DNA of 60,153 nucleotides, filler included. It is 8 parts of 8 records of this genome, joined end to end, with 100 filler letters (N's around TTAATTAATTAA, not from the genome) between each part and the next. Parts side by side here need not be neighbours in the genome. Positions count along the whole stretch, not along the records: positions 48,148 to 54,099 come from SRR31147125_52837; positions 54,200 to 60,153 come from SRR31147125_52941; 6 more parts are not named here. The stretch is one strand, 5' to 3'. The notes beneath the pieces were generated by a model, which was not told the origin of the DNA, ran no database searches, and was given only the letters and a program-made list of their open reading frames with translations. Position numbers and translations under genes: made by a program. How positions within the stretch are numbered: the stretch's first letter is position 1; every line of letters starts with the position of its first letter. Shown here piece by piece: positions 51,401 to 60,153 of this stretch.

Positions 51401-54099
51401 ACACAAGTACCGTACAATTCTCAGGGGATCGTTCTGCTGCAGCCCACGCAGCTGTCGCAAACAGCTCCACAGAACAATTCATACCAGCTCCAAGGGAACA
51501 GGACACAGAATCAATGGGAAGAACCACGGGAACGGCATGGGGACCACACGACAAGCGTGCCACAAAACGACCCGGTCGAAGGCCACCATTCATCAGCGTT
51601 ACCATGACAGCCGTCTTCATGATCCAATTGTCACGCGAAGAACGCTCCACAAAGGACCATTCATCTTGACGAATTGAGAAGAGATCCTCTGCAGAAGGTG
51701 GGTCATTCGTTCCGTTCCACGTTTCAAAGTCGAACCACACCAGAGGTTCCAACTCAGGCTGCGAAAGGAAGCATTCAAGGGTGGGAAGTGCCACCTCCAC
51801 GTGTTGCGAGACTTCTTTCCCCAACGGAGACCAGCACGTTCCATTCCTGTCTACCTTGATGGATACAGAGCAAGATCCCGGAGCTCGATCCTCGCGGCTG
51901 GATGGTGTGAAAAGGGCAAGGATCAATTCAAGCTCGTCACCCCAACCCTCCACAGGAGAGTGCCCTGTTACTACAGTACTATTTGCTATCGTCACACCAC
52001 CACTACACACAACCTGATAAGCAAGCGATGCAGCAACGGATCCATTGTTGACAGCAACGATGTGGAGGTAGTTCCACATCATCCAGCCGCCTTGATCTCT
52101 CCCCTCGTAGCGGAGTGACCAGTTATCTTCTATCAGGGACAGCCGAAGCGGGTTTAGCACACCCTCCAAAGCAGAAGAAGGAGCCAACTCCCATGCCTCA
52201 GCGTTCACCACAAGAAACGGTTCCTCACTGTAGTTGAAGGGGCGACATCGTGATGCAGGTGCAAGTATGAATTCGTTCTCGATTCGCTTTCCGAGAGACG
52301 ACCAGCACGGTTCGATGGTAACATTGACTTGAAAATGGCACGTTTCCTCACGCAAATCCAGAGAGGAGGGACCAGGAGGCCGTACAACGACAACAAATAC
52401 CATATCACACACTTCTCCCGATCTCAGGTCACAGGTTGGATGGACGTGTTCTACGTCCTGCGAACCACAGGAAAGGGAACTCTGAAATGTCCCCAATCCG
52501 TTGCCTCCGTTTACAATCCGTGCGGTAATATTCGCAATCCATGCATCCCTCTCGTCCTCCCAGGCCCAAGAAGCAACCAGAACTGAAAAAGTTGTCGTCA
52601 CATTATCAGAATTCTCTTGCCACTGAGATGCAGACACTTGCAGGAAGGCCTCGGAAGAATACTCTTGAATAGGTGGGCACGTCCCTGTTGGAAGATCTAG
52701 AACGATCCATTGGGAGACGTCCTTTCCCAGGGTGGACCAGCATTCCTCTCGAATCACATCGACAAGCAGTTGACACGACACCGCAGACCTTGGTTCTGAA
52801 TCCCAAACACTCAACAGGGTCATCTCAGCCGTTACTGTTGCATTTCCGGATACTTGCCACTCGTTGTTGTCCCATCCTCTTACGATGATGGAATTGTTCA
52901 CGTTGTTACATGTCACATTCACACGAAGGGTAGCATTCCCAGCGCCTGCATTGCGAATTTGTGTCGTGAGATTACAGGTATGCGTTCGTTCCTCTCCATC
53001 CTCGTAGAGAGGATACCACGTTCCCACACGAATAAGAAGGGGATCGGTTACATTCTCCAAGGCTGATTCACCCCTGGCCTGCCACATCTCCCATGGAAGA
53101 ACCAGGAACGCTTCGGCCTCATAGTTTGGTGATGAGGGGCAGGAACCCCATGGGAGGAAGACTGACACACTCACATTCGCACTCTTTCCCAGGGAGGACC
53201 AACACGCCTGACCCGTAATCCATGTACTCAGGACACAGAAAGCATCGGATCGGTGCGTCAGAGACCCCATGCATCCCAGATCCCAAACTACGGTACAATT
53301 CGCCTCAGCGTTCAGAGCACAGACCGTGCTTGTTCCATTCTCCACAGTTAGACCACTCTCCTCAGGGCACAAGAGTGAAGCAAAGAACATCCCATCCGCC
53401 GTACCACCGTTGATCATGGTTGCTGTAAGGCTAGCCGTCATTTGTTCCTCGGGCTGCTCCGGTTCCACGGGGAACCATGTACTCTGGACAACATGGAACG
53501 GATCTTCGAGGCTGTCCAGAAGGTGAATGTTCTCAGCCCAGACATCCAGGGATTCCTGCAGACATGCCTCTTCGGAATTGCCAAATGTTGGAGAGCAGAT
53601 ACTTTGGGGAAGAACAACAAGGAAGGTGGTGGTGTGGGTTTTGCCAAGAGTAGACCAACATGCCTCCCGTTCGATAGAGACACTCAACGAGCAGACAGCG
53701 TCGGGTCGTAATGACGGGGACCATAGGGCATACAGGGTCCATACCACAGTGAAGTTCGATCCACCTGAGAGAGAACGGTCCGCGACACTTGTTGTGTTGT
53801 CGATTGTCAAGTTCCCTAGGCCCGAGCAGATGACACCCATGTTGAATACACCAGCCACCGCGCCACCGTTTGTCACGGTCGCAACCAGACTCCCATTCAT
53901 TCTCCAGCCAACAGAATCCACGTAAGATGACAGGGTCCAGTGGCTCTGAACAACACGGAATGGGTTGGTGTGTTCATCCAACAAGTGAGGGTCTTGCAAC
54001 CATATATCTGACGGTTCCTGAATGTACGCCTCATTTTCATACGTATACGTTGGAGAACATTCGCTCTGAGGAAGGCTTACACTCACATTCGTTGTGTGA
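48418..54099 (-). CDS. Eukaryotic spliced gene (5'-partial, >1800 aa): tandem Cys-rich Ig-like repeats, TM helix, polyQ, B-box-like zinc finger
   Basis: Exons 54099-49354 (1-nt indel at 50097-50100), 49305-48969, 48897-48635 and 48558-48418 join in frame across three GT-AG introns. Confidence 0.85.
48559..48634 (-). other. Spliceosomal intron 3 (76 nt, phase 0)
   Basis: GTACGT...CTGAC...ATCAG; removal joins CKCGELAER to VCLQC and completes the zinc finger. Confidence 0.85.
48898..48968 (-). other. Spliceosomal intron 2 (71 nt, phase 1)
   Basis: GTGCGT...pyrimidine-rich...CTGAT...CGTAG; joins ORF 48898-49293 to the frame of ORF 48617-48820. Confidence 0.8.
49306..49353 (-). other. Spliceosomal intron 1 (48 nt, phase 0)
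   Basis: GTACGT...CTGAT...TGTAG; contains an in-frame TGA; removal gives GRLLGR|DYESVLILMG. Confidence 0.85.
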
Positions 54100-54199
54100 N
54101 NNNNNNNNNNNNNNNNNNNNNNNNNNNNNNNNNNNNNNNNNNNTTAATTAATTAANNNNNNNNNNNNNNNNNNNNNNNNNNNNNNNNNNNNNNNNNNNN
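54100..54199. other. Artificial contig spacer 7
   Basis: N44-TTAATTAATTAA-N44. Confidence 0.98.
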
Positions 54200-54261
54200 C
54201 CCCCGAATGATGAAAACGGTAAACCATTTCCACGGCAAATCAATAAGGTATTGTAGGTAAA

Positions 54262-55638
54262 GTGAGAACATTAATCCTCTATCTGATCCTCATTTCATTA
54301 ACGCCAATCTGCGGATTCGCCGGCGCTGAAGCGTATTCCGAAAATTTTGATCAAATGGCCATTCCTTTTAATCAAATCGATTCCGAGCGTCAAATAATTT
54401 CATTTTCTTCGCACAACCAATGCAGCATTACCCCGACGCTGATCATCCCCGAGTCCGACCGAAAAAAACAAGCCTCGTTATTTTCATTGGCAATGCACTC
54501 GGATTGGGTCGTGGTCATGAACGAAAAGGGATGGCAACCCTACACCGGTGAAATTGACCTTTTTGACACGATTCAACTTAACGACACCATACAGCCGTTT
54601 CAGCTGGATTGTACCCCCTTTTCCGGAAACTCCAGTGACAGAATCGATTTTTATTACGGATATGCGGTCCTGCTGCCCTTCTATTTCGGGAATGCCGTCC
54701 GCTTACGTTTGATCGAATCAGAGTCTTTTACAGACGTTGCTCTCACCATTTCCAAACCGGCGCTCTCTTTGGAGACTATCACTGTTTCGTCTCTTCCCAT
54801 CACCACTCTGCCGAAAAATACCGAGAAGATATCCCCTTCCCTAGCTGTCCCCGCCAAAGCGATTGGAACGGAGGCTGATCTGTATGCAGCAGCACTGATC
54901 GGCCGGCAGATCCTGATCAAAACAGTTCAAGGGTGGCGGGTGTTGGAAGAAGATGAGCCGGGGCTTACCCCGTTTGATACCGTTATTCTTTCATCCGAGC
55001 AATCGGGATTTGATTTGGAAACGGAATCACTCAACAACCTCCTTCCAAACGCATGGGCTTATTCGGATGAGACTCTCAACAGCATTTTCTTCTATTATGC
55101 CTACATTTCAAAAACGGACACCCGATTCATGGGAAACATCATCCGTCTGCAACCAACAGGTTCGGATTGCCAAACAAATGAGAGCGTCTCATGGGAACAA
55201 CAGGCCCTTCCCATTGAAAATCTCCAGTTTAACGGTTTTTCGGATATGATGATATCGGATCTATGCCGTGCCCTCTCTCCATCCTTGGTCATCGATCATA
55301 CCCATGTGGGAAAAGACGCCGGTCTTTTCGCCCTAATTGTTTCCGAAGATGGAATACTCGTCAAGACCTCATCGGGCTGGGAGCATTACAAAAACGATGC
55401 ACTTCATCCCTTTTTGACGATCACGCTGCAATCCGAAATCTCCAATTTCGAGATACCGGGCCTATGGCAAGATATCACTCAAGATGACTCGGAGAATCCC
55501 GCTTCGCCTCCCTCATTCAATTGGTATGGGAATCTCATTTTTTATTATGCGTATGCCATCGAACAAGAGACATTGAAAGGAAATGGGTTCAGCCTTCACC
55601 CCTTCTGCCATGAGAGAGAAAAACGCCTGATTCTTTAA
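54262..55638 (+). CDS. Exported protein of three tandem ~130-150-aa repeats, function unknown
   Basis: Signal peptide; three copies of (T/S)PxL-xI...LF...GW...F-xTIxL...FYY(G/A)Y...GN. Confidence 0.75.
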   Translation: MRTLILYLILISLTPICGFAGAEAYSENFDQMAIPFNQIDSERQIISFSSHNQCSITPTLIIPESDRKKQASLFSLAMHSDWVVVMNEKGWQPYTGEIDLFDTIQLNDTIQPFQLDCTPFSGNSSDRIDFYYGYAVLLPFYFGNAVRLRLIESESFTDVALTISKPALSLETITVSSLPITTLPKNTEKISPSLAVPAKAIGTEADLYAAALIGRQILIKTVQGWRVLEEDEPGLTPFDTVILSSEQSGFDLETESLNNLLPNAWAYSDETLNSIFFYYAYISKTDTRFMGNIIRLQPTGSDCQTNESVSWEQQALPIENLQFNGFSDMMISDLCRALSPSLVIDHTHVGKDAGLFALIVSEDGILVKTSSGWEHYKNDALHPFLTITLQSEISNFEIPGLWQDITQDDSENPASPPSFNWYGNLIFYYAYAIEQETLKGNGFSLHPFCHEREKRLIL

Positions 55639-55672
55639 ACACCTTCCGAATTTCATACCGTACCACATCCTT

Positions 55673-58600
55673 TTACTCGGATTTAAAAAATGCCATCACC
55701 TTACACGGCCCTGTAATGGGACCTGTTGTGAAAGTATTACCGCTCAGTGTGCCGTTGCCTCCCAACACCTTGTTGATGACGTATCCGGTATCCGGTGTAA
55801 TGGTAAATGTCAAGGTATCTCCGTGATCGACACTCTGGTCCCCTGAAGGGGCGATCGTGCCGTGGGCCGCCGCAACTCCCGTCACGGTATAGCTCTTTGG
55901 AGTGAAGGTAACCGCCAATGAACAATCCCCGGTGATGGCGCCCGTGGTATAGAGCTCCCCGGACAAACTCCCGGATCCGCCGCAACCGGTAACGCTGTCC
56001 ACCAGATATCCCCAATCCGGCTGAACCGTGAAGGTTGGGGTATCCCCGTAAATTGCCGTTCGGGTCGGCGGCATGACGGTACCGTTTCCCCCGGACACTG
56101 CGGCACTGACGGTATACAAATTCTGGGTAAACACCGCCGTCACTTCGCAATCTGCCGTTACCGCAGCTGTGGTATAGGTATCGCCGGAGAGGGTACCTCC
56201 GCATCCCGTGACGTTGGAGATACTGGAGCCCGATGCCGGGGTTATTGTAAACGTCGCAATCCCTCCGCTAGCTACCGTTTGAGAGGTTGGAGAAACCGAG
56301 CCCCCCCAGACCAGAATTTTGCCGTTCCAATAACAGTCCATTCGGATTTATCAACCCAGGTTGCCCCATTAATTGTCCCTGTTGCGGCACTGCTGCTCCC
56401 GTCAGACAACGTCGTACCACTTCCCTCATTCATAGGGTAATATGCGACCAAACCGCTTTCACTACCGGAAAGCGTCGAATCTTTATTTACAGATATTTGT
56501 GTTGCAGTACGGGCGACATTCCATATCCTGACTTCATCGATGGTGCCGTCAAAATAAACCGTCGCACTTTGATTGAAAAATCTTCCAATATACATCAAAC
56601 TGGTGGAGGGTGCGATATTGATACTCCCACTGTTGTCAAGCACGCCGTCAATATAGAGATATATAGTGAAACCGCTTTTCACCACAGCCACATGAATCCA
56701 GTTTCCTGTATTGACGTAACTTACACTTTCAACAGAATTCCAACTACTTCCATCGTCGATACCGAATTGTAATTTTCCACCCTCTGTACGAAACTGAACA
56801 TTGTCCGTTGGAGTCCCCCCCATTACTCCAAGATACAATATTGTTTTCACTTTTATTTGACGTTGTTTTGATCCATGCCTCGATGGTTATCGTACTGCTG
56901 TAGGAAGGATTGCTGCCGCTAAAATCGACATAGTCATCTGCACCGTCAAATGATAATGCATAATCGGTTCCCGCTGTTCCCTGGGCTGTTGCAAAGGATG
57001 TGGTCAGATAATTTTCAGAGCCCCCCGACCCATTGTATTCATAAACGGCAAAATGGTATGTGGTCCCCGGTGAGAGTCCCGTTACGGTCGCCGAAGAGCC
57101 GGTACCGCTGTACACCACATAATTTCCCGTACCGATCTCCTCTCCGGAACCATAGGCTGCATCAGCGGTATAAGAGGTTAAATCCACCGGAGATGAATCG
57201 ACAGCCCCGCCCTCTTTGATCAGGACAATACGTTTGTTGCCATCTCCCGATGTCCAGTTTATTGTTACCGAGCTTGTATCAATCACTGAAAATATCACAT
57301 TGGATGATGGTATGGTCGGTTCTGCCAAAACAATGGAACCTGTGCTGAATGCATATGTGGCATCCGCCTCGGCAAGTCCGGAATCCAGGTCGATGCTATC
57401 GACCGATTTCTCCAGGATATTGTCGGTATTCGTTGGATAGGTGTTGGTTGCACTCCACGAAGAGGCAGCCCCCAGAGTTTCAAATATGATCCCGCTGTGG
57501 AGAGCGTTGCTGCAGAGCATCCATCACCGCCGCTACACCCTACAATAGGGGCTTTAATGTCCACTCCACTCCCCCAAAGACAGAGAGAATGCCGTCCCGT
57601 ATCAAAAGGGTGTTCCCATCTATAGTCACGTTGCCATTCGTCAAGATGGCATTCCGGGGACTTGCATCGGTAGAGGTCACTCCGTGCTGATCGTAACCTG
57701 TTCCGGCATATCCGGTGATTTGAATGCTACCGTTATTGGCTTTAATATAGGAATTCTGTTCTATGGCAATACCTGCACTGGCAACATTCCAAAAATAAGT
57801 TGTTCCATTGCCCCCGGTACCGTTCATCACAATATTTCCGCTGCCGGCTGTGACGATGGTCTCTTGATTGTCCAATTGAATTCCCCAATTGCTTTCGGTG
57901 GCATTGCTGTTTCCCTTCCCTCGAATGGTAATGTCACCACCGGAACCGGCAGATGGAATGGTACTGTCTGGAGCACCGGAACCGTCATCGGTCCCATCAA
58001 TCATGTTCGTGATGATTACCCCGCCAACATTACCGGATGTCCCTGTGGCAATGGCAGAACCCGATGCCGAACCGTTCCCCCCTCCGATCGTGATATCCCC
58101 CCCGTAGCTTTTCATGGCGGCATTGATGGTGACCTGCCCCCAGGTCGATTCATCTGCCGCAAAAGCCCTGGCTGCCAGAACCATATTGAGCGGAGCCCCG
58201 GAGGCACCGCTGATTGCGCTGTTCAACGTGATGCTCTGTCTTGCCTCAAAAGTCAGCGTGGCCGCCGTTCCACCTGATTTGGTGATGGAAGAATTGATGG
58301 TGATATCCCCATTTTCTCCCCCGCCCCCATTGCCGGTAACTATTTTGACGGATGTTCCCGCATTCAAACGATTCTCTATCTCCGTCACCGAAACGGTGGA
58401 GCTGCCGCTCCCATCCGGAGACCACACATCGGGATCTCCCCCCGACCATGTACCGTTGGTTGAAGAGGCCCCTATTGTGACGTTATAGGCCGCCAGCTGA
58501 GACCACAACGCAAAAAGCGTCAAGTTTGCCGAACCCATCAAAAACGAGTCTCCGGATTGATACGTCGTTCCGCTTCCGTCGGCTGCGGTGTTCCAGCCGT

Positions 58601-60153
58601 CAAAAACATAGCCCGATTTAACAAGCGTTCCGGTATTGCCGAGGACGGTGGCACTATCTCCCGGCGCGTAGCCGGTGCCATCCGAGGGAGGGCTTCCACT
58701 GTCAGCCCCGTTGTCATCATATGTTACCGAATAGAAAATATCAACACCGCCGGAGAGTTGAATCTCAAAGTTGTCTATACCGCCTGTCCGGCTTCCATCA
58801 GCTGAAAAAAAGACATACAATGCACTGGCTCCGGCAATTCCGCTATTGGTCAAGGTCGCCGTATGTTCCGTATGCAGGGCACCAATATTTCCACTTTCAT
58901 CGGATGTTTTGATTCGAAAGGTCATGTCAAAATTGTTTCCGCTTGTGGCTTCAACAATCAACTCAAAATAATACCATGTGGCTGGGGAGTACGTCATGTC
59001 ACCACTTGTCCAGCTCAAACCGGACCCCAGAGAATCGTTGAGCCAGTTACCGCCACCACCATGGAATGAAATTCCGAGAAAATTACCCGAACCAGGCATA
59101 CCATTGGAACCTAAAGCCGAATTGACGGAATCTGTTGAAAACCCCAGAGCCCCATAACCTGCATTGGCTTCCATTTTGAAATAGGCAGAAAGTGTATACA
59201 CTCCCCCGACAGTGACATTATATGACTCTTTTGCCGTCCAAATCTGGTCGGAAGAGGATGTGGATACAAGGATACCGCCTCCCCCTCCCAAACCCGCTGT
59301 CGAATCCCAGACAAAGGCATCGCCTGAACTGTCCGTTCCTTCTGTAAAATCTGTCGAAAGAGAGTCCGAAGATGTAAACTCTTGTAATTTTGATACCGCT
59401 TCCTCCTCCCGATAAATCACATAGAGTTTGTCGGCTTGGGGTGATGGGGAGAGCGTACTCGCTTCATCACTTGTATAGTAAACCTGACTTGAATCGTAAC
59501 CGGACAATCCGGTAACCCCTGTACTGCCTGCAATGCTTCCTGTGTAAAGTTTTGCAATGCCGTTGCTTCCGAATGAGAGTGAACCGCCGCTGACAATCAG
59601 ATCTCCGCCGGTGGAGGTTCCGGCCGATTCACTCTTTCCGGCGTTCATCATAATAGCGCCCGTTGTGGTGTCGGTGGTTGAAACCGCTCCGGTCAGGGTC
59701 AGATCCCCGCTTTGGGTGGCAACTTCGACTTTGCCGGTGGCGCTGACACTGCCCAAGGTCAAAGCATCCGAATTGACAAAAGCGATGCTGCCGGTATCGG
59801 CTGTCAGGTTCGATACCAGATTTCCGGTATTGGTCAGGGAGTATTCCCCGCCCGTTCCCAACAGGCTTACACTCTGCCCGCCCGTGACTGCACCGGACTG
59901 GGTGACGCTGCCCTGGGTGTAGAGCCGCAATGGGTCTTTCAGGGTAACCGCAGAAATCGCAATATCACCGGTCTGAGTGATGCTTCCTACGGTGATGCCG
60001 GAAAAGCCGTCTGTAAAGTTATCGGTAAAATATCCTGTTGAAAGACAAAGCGGGCCGGTCCCTGTTCCCGACGCCCCGATGGCGATCCCCTGCCCCGGTG
60101 TGTTCGGCTGAATCATGAGTTGACCATAGCCACTTAAGCTGAGGGTCGCCCCC
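55673..60153 (-). CDS. Giant mosaic surface protein/adhesin (5'-partial; several homopolymer frameshifts)
   Basis: Co-linear ORFs 57540-60116, 56744-57520, 56272-56850 and 55673-56341: FHA-like G/T/S-rich repeats, InlB-B repeat (GYVFDGWNTAADGSG), FN3 (TGLSPGTTYHFAVYEYN), LamG (ALSFDG, WIHVAVV, FDGTIDEVRIWN), three C-terminal repeats (FTITP..GY....V.GCGG.LSG..YTT..IT.DC). Confidence 0.8.

Noticed and set aside
1-60153. rRNA, tRNA, CRISPR arrays, IS elements, integrases
   Set aside because: None recognised by eye; a covariance-model scan would be needed to exclude small RNAs in the intergenic gaps (e.g. 12834-13391, 18541-18730).

Overview
This window is not one locus. It is eight unrelated contigs joined by seven identical 100-nt spacers (N44-TTAATTAATTAA-N44), and many genes carry 1-2 nt indels in homopolymer runs that look like sequencing errors. 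(1) 1-7636, Desulfobacterales-like: gspD, gspE, a cohesin-bearing surface protein with a Cys-Phe-Ile C-terminal anchor, a CPBP intramembrane protease and a membrane HEAT-like protein. (2) 7737-14445: TauE, a sulfonate/nitrate-type ABC importer, mglB-mglA-unknown and two PilZ proteins. (3) 14546-20446, Firmicute-like: mgsA, TetR plus an ABC exporter, a membrane-anchored protein and a phage-like lysis end. (4) 20547-27237, Myxococcota-like: ddl, a lipoprotein, DUF3788, a 14-blade propeller protein with an Asp-Thr/Asp-Ser stalk, and a metallophosphoesterase. (5) 27338-41411: hisA, a 9-gene mrp operon, three SPFH genes of which the first is fused to a CDF metal-transporter domain, an RNase H-like gene, arfB and pyk. 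(6) 41512-48047: an HdrD/GlpC-like Fe-S protein with an in-frame TGA and SECIS-like hairpin, hrpA and a receiver protein. (7) 48148-54099: a eukaryotic contig with one spliced gene (three GT-AG introns) encoding 10 tandem ~155-aa Cys-rich Ig-like repeats, one TM helix and a cytoplasmic B-box-like zinc finger. (8) 54200-60153: a three-repeat secreted protein and a giant mosaic surface protein. Best leads: the eukaryotic repeat-TM-B-box receptor, the CDF-SPFH/HflC/HflK module, the selenoprotein and the T2SS-linked CFI-CTERM/CPBP sorting locus. All family and taxon calls come from reading motifs by eye; no database search was run.
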